Positions 25,837 to 36,862 of a stretch of DNA of 64,000 nucleotides are shown piece after piece. The notes under the pieces are model-generated. The model ran no database searches and was not told the origin of the DNA. It saw only the letters and a program-made list of their open reading frames with translations. Where the stretch lies: the NCBI GenBank assembly GCA_977016875.1, contig CDRNST010000080.1, positions 2,790,001-2,854,000 on the forward strand. Reading direction: 5' to 3'. The stretch is from Pavona decussata (Eukaryota). Each line of letters starts with the position of its first letter. The stretch's first letter is position 1. The translations under genes and the position numbers were made by a program.

Positions 25837-26754
25837 CAGTAGAGTATAAACCATAATTTAATAGAGCGTAAAATTCGCTTATCTTTGCGACCAAGCCAAC
25901 AAAAGAACGGCATGCCTTGGATAGTTTAAGTTGCAAACCGCCGCTTTTTAATTTCCACTTGTTTTCTCGATCGTTTGTAAAAGTTGAAGCCAAGTTGAGT
26001 TAGCAGGAGTAGGTTCTTCTTGTGGGCCACCCGACTTAAAAATACTCCAACTTAGCTGAATGGACACTGACAGACAAGTTGAGTTGAGCTCATGCGCATG
26101 AATAAATTCGAATAGATGGACGCACGAATGGATAGGTGAAAAGGAAGGTTAAGCAACGATGAATTTTTATTTTCCAGTAATGTTTTCGTTACCTGCGCCG
26201 TCTTTGTTGCTTGAGTCGAGTCCTGTTAACAGTGGATTGACAGATACGGAAACTAGTAATATGAGCTGCTGCCTTCGATACCTTTTCAAACTGAACTTTA
26301 TAAATAAGCAGCACAGCAAGGTAAGGCATGGAAACGTCTTGCAGATAGGTAAACTTTATTTATACACGGTATCAATTCATATTTACATGCTCTTCCATCG
26401 AGCCGCGTGTTTTGATGAATTACTTAACTAATTAAATTATCTAACTAAATAAATTATTTGTACAAGATCATACTAAAAGCTATAAAAACTATCCTTTATT
26501 AACTATAATTAAATTCTAAATTAAATGCACGATTTAAAAGAGCTAAGAGTGCGTTGTGTCTTAGCCCTCAAAGGCAAGCTGTTCCAGAGAACAGAACCAC
26601 GATTTTGAAAACTTGCTTCAGTACTCGGTCTAGGAACGAAAAGGTTGTATTTTGAATTTCTTAGATTGTGTGAGTGACCACTGGATGCAGCTTTAAAGAT
26701 AGTATTTAAACGAGTCGGAGAAAGATTATGGAGAGCCTTAAACATAATGAATGC

Positions 26755-26950
26755 TGCTGTGATGTTATTGACTAGGGACCCCACGGGATTCTGGTTCCCT
26801 GACTGTTTTCTTGTGCCACCCCGCAGACTGTTTTGGTGGCCATGTTTGAGTTCAGTGCGAAAGCACGTGTTGGACAGTTTTCACTTCGTTTCTTTCTTGA
26901 GAATATTTAAAGTTAAGGTTTAGAACTGTGTTAGACACAGATTTACAACA
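26755..26950 (+). repeat. 5' LTR
   Basis: Direct repeat of 29285-29480, followed by the PBS. Confidence 0.92.
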
Positions 26951-27128
26951 TGGTGTCAGACGTGGGCGCTTTTTGAGAAGTGAACGAATTGCACGAAGGT
27001 ACGGAAAAGGTGACAAATCGTGTCCTGATGGCCGAAAGAGATTCACGCGCAAGAGTGAGGATACGCACACATATTTTGGATCTGTTTAACTGGGAACTGT
27101 TTCTGACAACGGAAAGAGAAACAAAAGC

Positions 27129-28800
27129 TTGATTACTCTCAAGATTGCAGGAAGAGACTTTCGAATCAAGGCAGACACAGGTGCAGAAGCCACAATTATC
27201 CTCTACAACTTTTACACGCAAATCACTAAGAAACCTCTACAAAAGATTCACCAACCTCTTAAAGGCTGGCTTGCAAAGAAACACATACACCCAAAGGGCT
27301 CTGTGTCTCTTCCGACTCAGTACAAGGACCAAAAACTGGATGTATTGTACCTTGTTGTGGAAGGCGACTTCACACCACCGTTGGGTTGGGATGCCTGCCT
27401 GGATCTGGAAGTGATTAAGTTTATGAATCTTCAATTAATAGATACACCTGAGCCTCAAGTCGTGAATTCAGAAACATCAAGACAAGATGAAGACCAGAGT
27501 ATTTTCGAGACTGACCCTGTACTGCGTGAATATCAAGACTGTTTCAGTGACAAGCCTGGTAAACTGCCAACAAAAGTGCATTTGGAGATTGATCCTTCAG
27601 TACCTCCAGTAGTCCCACCCACCGAGGAAAATACCGATTGCTCTTCTAGAGCCAGCACAAGAAAAACTCAAAGAGATGGAAGAAGATGGTATTATTGTCA
27701 AAGTGGAGGAACATACACCTTGGGTGTCATCTATGCTAGTTGTTGACAAAAGGAAAGCCAAAGATAGAGACATGAACATTCCACCATCTAAGGCCGTTGG
27801 AGGCCATATCCAAGAAACCGTTGAATGCTGCTCCTCCCAGGCTACAAAGAATGCTGCTAAAACTTACCAAGTATGACCTGGATGTTCTTTATGTTCCTGG
27901 GAAGAAACAAGTCATCTCAGACTGCCTTAGCAGAGCACCTCTTACTGATACCGACCCAGTTAGTGAACCTGAAGATGTCATCGGAGTGAATCTTATTGAG
28001 GAACTTGGATTTGAAAGAAGTACACGGAAGAGATTTTAAGACACTTCTTGCACAGATGAGACTTCACGAGTGGTGATGGAGTATGTCATGAAAGGCTTAC
28101 GTTCAGAAAAAGAGCAAGTTGATGAGCTTGCCAGGGAGTACTGGAGCTTCAGAGAAGAGCTAAGCGTAGAAGATGAGCTGCTCTTCCAATCTGACCGACT
28201 AGTTGTCCCAAGACCATTGCGAGCCGAAGTGTTGGATGAAATTCATGGAGCACACTTAGGAGAAAACAAAAGTATTTGTTTTGTAAGAGACTGTGTTTTC
28301 TGGCCTTCAATGACAGCTCAAATCAAAGGCAAAGTCAGCTCCTGCCCTATTTGTAACGCTTTTCGCAACAAATAGCAGAGAGAGTGACCTATTGGTCACT
28401 GATTTCTATTCAAAGTACTTTGAAGTAGAGCTACCTCACCAGAAACCTGCCACCTGTGTCATCAACAACCTGAAGAAGTTATGTGCAAGGTTTGGAATCC
28501 CAGACGAGGTTGTTAGTGATAATGACTCGCAGTACCGCAATACCAGAAATAGTGACAGGCACATTAGTTCAAAGAATTTGCCCAAGAGTGGGGATTCCAC
28601 TATACTACAATCTCACCAGAGTATCCTCAATCGAACGGTGCAGCTGAGAGGGCAGTACAAGCTGCGAAACGTATCCCAAAGAAGGCTGCAGCAGACCACA
28701 AAGACCCATTTGAAGGCCTGCTCAAGTATCGCAATACACCTTTTCAATATATAGGTTTATCACCTGTACAGTTGCTGATGAGTCGTCGAACACGCACTGA
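27129..28800 (+). pseudogene. Gypsy pol remnants (aspartic protease, RT N-terminus, RNase H end, integrase)
   Basis: ORFs 27129..27746, 27676..27876, 27797..28039, 28070..28375 and 28392..28754, separated by frameshifts and stops. Confidence 0.85.
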
Positions 28801-29284
28801 CAATGATCGGGACCCATAGACGTCTCTTACTACCACAAGCTGTTGACCCTGATAAAATTGTTGAAGCCCTCAAACTTCTCCAGAACATTTCCAAGAGGAA
28901 TTATGACAAACCAAGGCAAGGATTTGCCTCCAGTTGGTGCGAATTCGTCCAAACAGAGGGCAAGAATGACGCAAAGCAGAAGTGTTGCCAAGGTCATACC
29001 TCTTGGAAGATGACCAAGGACGTATTTACAGAAGAAATAGGAGACAGGTCATCTCAGTTACAAATGATCAGCCCATGCACCCAACGGCTGCGTGATCCTG
29101 TAGTTCCAACAATACATGACTCACCATGGAGTCCACATTTGCCTGAAACTGACCAACCGGCATCCACGGAAGCAGAAGTACCAATCAAATTCACAACAGG
29201 TGCACACAGGTCGACCATTACAACAAGATCTGGACGGCAAGTCAAAAAGCCAGAAAGACTCATTGACTCCTGTTTGAGGGCAGA

Positions 29285-29480
29285 TGTTGTAATGTTATTG
29301 ACTAGGGACCCCATGGAAATCTGGTTCCCTGACTGTTTTACTTGGGCCCCCCGCAGACTGTTTTGGTTGCCATGTTTGAGTTCAGTGCGAGAGCACATGT
29401 TGGACAGTTTTCACTTCGTTTCTTTCTTGAGAATATTTAAAGTTAAGGTTTAGAACTGTGTCAGAGACAGATTTACAACA
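29285..29480 (+). repeat. 3' LTR
   Basis: Preceded by purine-rich GAGGGCAGA (PPT-like). Confidence 0.92.
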
Positions 29481-32019
29481 ATTGCTAGTTGCTTTGAACC
29501 GAGGTTACGGGTAAAGTGGAAGATCTAACATTTAAGTCAGAGAAAGTGATTTTGCAGTTTTTGGAATCTCTCGGACTGACACACACCTATGCTGCCCCAT
29601 ACGACGGAGCTACAATAATCAAAGTATGGTTGGATGAGAGCTTTATAGATTATAATAAGAGTCTCACGGAGAACCAAGTTCCTGACACTTTTGGTAGCCC
29701 CAAAGGCGACGGATGCTTTTCAGACTGTATTGTCAATATGGGAGTCCCACGATAAGCCCTAATCCAAATCAATGCCAAGATACTTACAGGTTTTAGCTCT
29801 TTCTAGGGAATGTTCATCGATCTTTACATCAAAACTGGTGGTTTGAATAACTCAACTTCTTTTGGCTGCCAATAATAGAATTCTTGTTATTGTTGCTGTT
29901 GTTGTTTTTTTACATTAAGATTAAGTTGGCTTGTAGCCAGATCTGAATTTCAGCTAAGTCGCTATTTAACTTGGATTGTAAATCTGCCGGACCACTTGAG
30001 GATAGAGGTCCCAGGATCGATCCCTGTGGGACACCGCAAATGATGGGGCAACAGTCTGACATGTGGCCATTTACAAAGGTTTTCTGTTTACGATTAGTTA
30101 GATACGACCTAAACCACTTCAAAATATGGAAATCCACTCCATAAAATTGAAGTTTCTGCAGTAAGATGCGGTGATCCAAATTGTCGAAAGCTTTTTTGAG
30201 GTCGATAAAAAGTACTCCATTTATGAGACCATTGTCTATGTTTAGGTACCACTCCTTAGTAGCTTCTAGAAGGGCAGTTTGAGTGGAGTGTGGGGTCTAA
30301 AACCAGACTGAGTGACTACTAGGAGATCGTGCACTATTAGATACTCATAGAACTGGTCGAAAGCTATTCTTTCTATCAATTTGGTGATCACAGGCAAAAC
30401 AGAAATTGGCCTGAAGTTGTTGGGGGCGATACTCTCGCCAGTTTCACTCATATGGGAAGATAACAATAGTGATATACAAGTTAAGTGCAACCTATGTAAT
30501 GAAACAACAAACAAATCAAAAGCCAAAATTCATATGGTTCGATTCAGCGAATAGGCTAATTCCTACTTGGTGAGGATCGAGTTAAGCCAGCATATGCATC
30601 GTACTGTCTTGTATGCATGTAGAGACCATGCTGAAAAAGCAGATTCAGGGTCACCAGAGACAAAGGAAGATTTTTTTAACCATCAGGTGGCTCTGTGATG
30701 GAGAACTACGATCATTTTCTCAAAAGTTCAATTAAACGGTGTTCGGAAACTATTCGTCCATTCCAATGTCAGCGATCCAGTTTTGTTTCGCTTCAATCAA
30801 GACCCTTGTAGACTGCGGATAATAATCCACATCTGATGAAAACACCACACACAGTATGCGTCGGCCCTCAAAGACATTTAGCAAAACCCTAAAAATGAAG
30901 AACGGCCGATAATCGGTTCGTATAAATTACCCCTTACTCTTTTTTTATAAAAATTTATTTTATAAGAATATCGGGGCTGAAATTTGCGAAATTTTAAGAA
31001 TATTTTAAGAATAAACCCGAGGCTGAGATTTTGAAAAGAATCATGTATAATTTTGTGTGTTGAAAATTTGTAAATACAATACAATTATACGTTTTTAACT
31101 AAACCGTATAAAATTCTTCCTTTCTCTAAAGGCAAAACTAGCCAATAAAACCATAAAAACCTGCACTATCTCGCTGGCTGCAATGAAAAGTGATGGAGCA
31201 CGTGCACAATGTAACTCACGATACAGATCTGGACACCAAACACTTGTGCTCCTGCACTTGTAATGGCATGATACCCCAATACATTCTAAAACGGAAATGT
31301 TATACGCTATACAGGTAATCTAAGAATATTCACAACCTGAACATTTCGAGGTCTTCAGGCCAAAGTTTCACGACTGATCCCCTATTAACTTGAAAGGAGA
31401 AAGAATTCCGCCCAATGCAATAAAATCCAGAATCCGGAAGCGAGCCGCAAAATTTTTGATGGAATCCAGCGGCCTGGAATCCAGAATCATCATCAAGCTC
31501 TGAAATCTGGAAACCGCTCAAGTTCGGAGTTTGGACTCAGCAATCCACTTGTATTGTAAATTGATGTGAAAACCATAGTTGGAAAAGCTGATAAAAATAA
31601 ATTAAAGTTTATCGGACAGGGGAAAACAAAGAAAATGCTTCGATAAGAACGCAAGAGACTTGTGGGGGTCGAGTAGAGCACAGTGAGCTTAATGACATGC
31701 AGGGTGCCCGATATCTCTACGCAAAAATTCCTGAAATGAACAATTCGTCAGTTGACTGAATCGATCACGTCATCGCCAAAGGTTCTCTTCTCCCAAAGCC
31801 ATTTATTTCTGTCTTCTTTTTTATGGAAGTGTGAATAAAATGAATTGAATTTCAAGACTTCAATGTCTTCATTGCTGGGGGTATAGACGAATCCATAATC
31901 ATATTCGCCTCATTTATAGCATTGTCTCTTTCCGTAGTCATGGAAACTAGCTCAAGTAACACAAAAGAAAGAGTCATCACAAGTCAAACCATTGTCACTA
32001 AAGATAAACATTTGGTTTA

Positions 32020-32400
32020 AATAATAATAATAATAATAATCATCATCATCATCATCATCATCAGCATCTTTATTGAGGAAACTTTTTCACAAAATGTGGT
32101 TTTCGAAAAGGACCTCAAAGATTAAGACTAAAATGAATACATAAAATTAAAAGAAAACAAAGCAAGATATATAAATAAATACATTAATTATATTAAGAAA
32201 TTAAAAGCATGTCGCTTGAATGTATTCATATTAGCAGATTCTCGTATTACCTGGCTAAGTGAATTAAAGTCATTTTCAGCATGATATGCAGTTCTTTGTT
32301 TCCCCCCAATTTCTCTTAACGCTGGGAAGAAAGGCTTGACCTGTAAATTCTGCTTAGAAGATAATTGGCCGCTAATAAATTTATACGTCTTTGACTGCAC
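32020..32400 (-). mobile_element. LINE (L2/CR1-like) 3' end with a (GAT)n(TAT)n tail
   Basis: GKQRTAYHAENDFNSLSQVIRESANMNTFK C-terminus, then AATAAA and a trinucleotide tail at 32020-32063. Confidence 0.65.
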
Positions 32401-33184
32401 TTTGACAACGCAGGAGGGTCCCGTTTATAAGGCTCCACTGCTTCTGTAAAGGCCATGCTGTTTTCTTCGTTAATGTGTAAGGGGTTTCGATACAGTATTT
32501 TAGGGCTCGTGGTTACACTAGTTGTTGCTTTTGGATTGAGGGTTGTAAGGATTAACATTTTAGTAGAACCTCTATTATATGACGACAACAAACAAAAACT
32601 CTTGAAATCAGTAAATCGTGAAACTAATAGCAAAATCTTGAATTATGGTATATGGCAAACAAAAACAAAAAAATGAAAAAAGTTCTGTGTTTGATTTTAA
32701 ATAAATCGTAGAAGCGTTTTTTATGGTAAATGTAAATAGAACGAAAAATAAACAACTCTCTCAAGAGATGACTTGAAAATATTGGCAAAACGTGCCTGTT
32801 TGACGTCATGAAAGTCTGGTTGATTTTCCCTGTTGCAAGCTTGAAAACGAGTTCAATCTCTGATAAATTGCTTGCTTAAGAGTTTTCTTACAATTTTCAA
32901 ATTAATTTGTGCGTTTTTGCAAAAATATCAGGAACTGCTAGATGATTTGTTAAGATCTTCTCCATGCATGCTTGATGTTGTGAACAATTTTATCCTAAAG
33001 TTTTGTTAAAATTGATTTTATTGAACACTTTTAAATTGAAAGATGAAGAGGACGTCTAAAACGACATTATAGTTTGCGTGTTAATGAGCACGGCACTCTT
33101 TCGTGATTCAGTTATATTGTAAATACTTAACAGAAGAAACTAGCATGGTATTATACAACAAAATATATCGGACCCAGCGGAATA

Positions 33185-33250
33185 CAATCTCGTACACAGA
33201 GTCCTCAGGCACTTTGGCCAAAGAGCCTGAGGACTCTGGGTAAGAGATTG
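33185..33250. mobile_element. Tiny palindromic MITE
   Basis: CAATCTCGTACACAGAGTCCTCAGGC ... GCCTGAGGACTCTGGGTAAGAGATTG. Confidence 0.7.
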
Positions 33251-34043
33251 GGCGGAATATAGTGCACACGGGTTTCAATATACATTGTATTACTATACTG
33301 ACTTGCCAATAGCGAGTTTGCGACGTAAACATTTCCGTCATAGGTTAAATGCCCTGTTCATCGTTAAATTAAATTGATGTTCCTGAAAATCAACTTCAGT
33401 TGCACTTAAAGAGTAAAGTTATTCACATCATCAAAAAATGCATGAAGAAGATCTTACAAAAATCTAACGAGTAGTTTCTGAGAGTTTAAAAATGCGTATA
33501 AATACAAATGTTAACAGGAAAATTTAATGCGCAAATGATCCCAAAGAAAAAAAACCACGTTCGCAGGATCACAACCGAGAAAATTAGTAAAACTTTGGTA
33601 GCTTTAAACGATGACTTCAAGGCACGTATTGATAAGATTTTCTTGCCACTTCATCAAAATAGTGTTTATTTACGGTTCATTAACTTAAATTACCACACAA
33701 AAACTCAGTTCTGGAAAGTTTTAGTGATTTATTTGAAATCAAACATGCATTTTTTTCCTTGTACATTTGATTTGCCATATACCATAGTTTATTAAGAATT
33801 TGGTGGCGGCTTTTCAAATCTGGATCGCGCAAAATTTACACTTTACTGATTTCGAGGGTTTCTGTTTATCGTCCTTATGGCAATATCGATTTGCCAAAAC
33901 ATCAATCCTGACCATCTTTAATCCAAAGCCAATAACCGGTGTAAATTTTACATCTGGATAACGGGGCTAGTTTCTAAAACGACTGTGAAGGTGCGTCGGT
34001 GGCCATGGGGCGGAGTAGAAACGAATGTTTGGTTTATCAACAG

Positions 34044-34282
34044 GGTCCAGTTGTTCAAAGGCCGGATAACTCCATCCAGTGGATAAGTCGCTATCCGTCA
34101 GTTTCAATTTGTGCAAAGATTTCAGTATTTCCTCTTGTACAAGCGAATATGCACACTCTAACCACAGTTGAGTATGGGAGTGTACGAAAACCTTGGACAA
34201 CGTTTCACGTGAAGTATATTTTACACCCTGAATAGTGCCTTATCCAGCGGATAAAGTTATCCGGTCTTTGAACAACTGGTGC
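34044..34282. mobile_element. MITE with CCAGTTGTTCAAA TIRs and a CAG TSD
   Basis: CAG|GGTCCAGTTGTTCAAAGGCCGGATAAC ... GTTATCCGGTCTTTGAACAACTGGTGC|CAG; relatives at ~34835-34985, ~47590-47680 and 63196-63440. Confidence 0.8.
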
Positions 34283-34330
34283 CAGGGTTGATAACTAAAG
34301 GTAAATTGGCCACCATAAAGAGATTCGAGT

Positions 34331-34703
34331 GCTCACGTTTCCGAGCGTTAAGGCCCGTTTCTAAACGGTTTCAACATTTGAACAACATTCTTTCAACAAA
34401 AGTTGAACGGATGTTGGGCCGAATGTTGGACAAATGTTGAGCGGAGTGTTCAAACGGCTTCAACACCATTCAACATTTTCGAGAACGAAGTAAATGTTGT
34501 TCGGATGTTGAAGGAAAGTTTAAACCGATTTGAATTTGATTCAAAACGCTTTCACCAAGCTTTCAACATTTTTTACGTTTTCGACAATGTTGAACGATCT
34601 GTTCAAACGCCCCCAACATTTGCTTCAACAAAGCGTTGCGGAAAGTATGTTGAGCCAAATGTTCACACCCGCGTCAAAAGTAGCCTTTAGCCTTCGTCGG
34701 AGC
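34331..34703 (-). ncRNA. Degenerate minimal type I hammerhead ribozyme motif (Penelope-associated), split by a MITE
   Basis: Reconstructed empty site on the minus strand: GCTCCGACGAAGGCTAACGCTCGGAAACGTGAGC (CUGANGA..GAAAC core with one substitution). Confidence 0.5.
34351..34686. mobile_element. PIF/Harbinger-like MITE with TTA TSD and internal TTCAACA/TGTTGAA repeats
   Basis: TTA|AGGC ... GCCT|TTA; removing it restores a hammerhead-like motif. Confidence 0.65.
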
Positions 34704-36439
34704 AGGGCGGGAAGACTACCAAATAGCCGGCTTTAAAAGTGAGGTATGGTTCCTCAGAAACTGTATCGAGACATCTTAAATTAGTACAGAAAACGAGTGG
34801 GATAATAAGTCGAAGAGCCACCATGAAAAAGAACACTGTTCAAAGAATGGATAACTTTCTGATCCAGTGGATTCAGAATGGCTATCCAGCGGATCAAATG
34901 TACTCCAACTATTACAATTTATCCGCTGGCTAAAGACTTATCCACTGGATAAAGTTCAGTATGCTCTTTGAACAACTGGGGCCAGATGGTTTTGGCCGGG
35001 AATCCAAAGGGTTGGAATATGGAATCCAATTCCTCTGTCACGGTGGGTTCTGCTACATCGGGTGTAGAGTGAAAGTTTTCTGTTCCTTCCAAGTAATGAA
35101 ATACACGGAACACTCCTGACGAGAACTAGGGAACTAGGCAGCCCGAATTACAAAATCATTATTTTCATAAGAAAACTCGTACTGGCTTTTGCCTCGAAAG
35201 ATTTTCCAAAATAATTATTTGGAATTCACATTGGAGGAATATTTTTTCAGCCAATTAGTCGATTTTCTTGTGATTTCGGTCCAATATAGCTACAAGAAAT
35301 AGCTCAGCAAACTCCAACACTATGTTAGAAAAAAAATTGAGTTTCCTGGTGGGTGCAGCTGCCCCCTCTGCCCCCCCGCTACGTACGGCCCTGGTCCACT
35401 GCTCCTTCGTTTAGGATACACAAGAGCCTTGCGTGCGCCACGACAAATTTATCTGCTTGAAGCACAGATGATCTTGAACTGAAGAATGATTTTCCTTGTT
35501 CAGCTTATTCGGCTATTTCTTTCTGTCTACCCTGATCGAATTTATTCTGGATTAACTTGGGGTTAACATTTTTCATGGCTTCCGGAATCGCATAAAATAC
35601 CGGCGCGCCGGACTTACGCGGAACGGAGCTCAGCCAGATTATAGGACTCATTGAATACCGGCCAATTTTTAGATTTTTACCCCTTAAAGCTGGGTTTTCT
35701 AAGAATTGTGAAGATAACCTGTGCAATTCCGAAGACTTGTCCAAGATCTAGCGAAGATTTCTGCGGCAGTGGAAGTTGCAAGTACACACTCTTTGGCTTC
35801 AAAAATTCAGGGAAAGCTAAATCGTTTACTTTAAATGCAGACTGAATACCTATATGCCAGAATCTTGGTGCTAAAAGCTACGAAATGACTGACCAAAAGA
35901 ATAAATAAATAAAATGAAATAAATAATTAAAAAAGAGAGATAAGTGTACTGATAAATAAATCAAAGGGCCAATTTAATGTGGCATAACAAGTGCAAAAAA
36001 TTAAAATAAAGAAAAAAACTAAACCATGTATCTCCGAATCAAAGACACAAAAATTAAAATTCTCTGTTTAAACCGCTCGGTTCAGTACTTTTGCAAAAAT
36101 GACACTTTGCAAAATTCATAAATGATAAATTTCCCATAATTGAACAATTAACACATTTAATCGATTTTGAGTGATTTTGTGACCTCCTTTGTCTCCGGTA
36201 GATATCTTCTGCTTCGCTTTTCCTTCCCTAGCTCTAAATTCAGTACTTTCATAGTCTTTGACTAGACGGGGATTGTGAAAAGTTTTTGGGGATAATAATT
36301 TCCGGTTAAATGTTAAACCTTTCTTTGTGTTTTTTGCTGTGGACCAGCGTTGGGAATTTTCATTTCATAAAATTGTTTTATCTTTTGTTCTTGCACAACA
36401 CAAAGGTTCTTTTTCATCCTTTGTCTTGAAATTTATTGG

Positions 36440-36862
36440 TCCAGTGAAGTTTAAATCACCGGAAGTGAACTTTGAAGAGCCTGGAATCTGAAGAATGTGG
36501 CTAGAAAAACCAGCTCTTACCAGCTATGAAGGGAATGAACGTGACGTAAAGGTAAAAATAATGACTCAAGAAAATTGGCTCGTTTATTGCAATGAAATCG
36601 AATCTTGTTGTTTGCTCAACATTGTCATTTGCGAGTTCGCGGCAAAAAAGGTAAACACAACGAAAATAGTACATATTGTCAAGTCACGAAATAATTGACC
36701 AATCAGTTTGCATAATTTGAATCACGTGAGTTGTAAGTGATACGATCGTTGCGATGAACACAGAAAATGGCGTCTGTAATTTGCGTTTCTTGCACCTTGT
36801 TTGAAGGAGATATATTCTTCAGTTAATTCATTACATGAGTTGTCGACAATGGGAAAAGAAAG
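36440..36862 (+). promoter_or_regulatory. Probable SHANK promoter and first non-coding exon
   Basis: CpG-retaining region with an ETS-like CCGGAAGT (~36459), CRE-like TGACGTAA (~36542), CCAAT box (~36698), E-box CACGTG (~36723), YY1-like AAAATGGCG (~36764) and a strong donor AAG|GTAAGC at 36862. The next strong acceptor before the ATG exon is at 45044. Confidence 0.55.

Larger units (their letters stand above)
26755..29480 (+). mobile_element. Ty3/Gypsy LTR retrotransposon, internally deleted and non-autonomous
   Basis: 196-bp LTRs (TG..CA) at 26755-26950 and 29285-29480, ~13 differences; PBS TGGTGTCAGA.GTGGG; TSD AATGC/ATTGC; protease DTGAEAT; RNase H tail APPRLQRMLLKL..YVPGK; integrase H2C2 motif HGAHLG..C..C; frameshifts. 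Confidence 0.93.
26435..30440 (-). mobile_element. 5'-truncated CR1/L2-type LINE (RT fragments and 3' end), interrupted by the Gypsy element
   Basis: NFRPISVLPVITKLIERI, QSGFRP, FIDLKKAFD, WFRSYLTNRKQ and CGVPQGSILGPL; the C-terminus HNLRNSK..SFQNRGSVLWNSLP resumes on the other side of the LTR element. Confidence 0.9.

Noticed and set aside
28803-29453. 216-aa ORF as an extra or env-like gene
   Set aside because: A frameshifted integrase C-terminus (TTRSGRQVKKPERL) reading into the 3' LTR.
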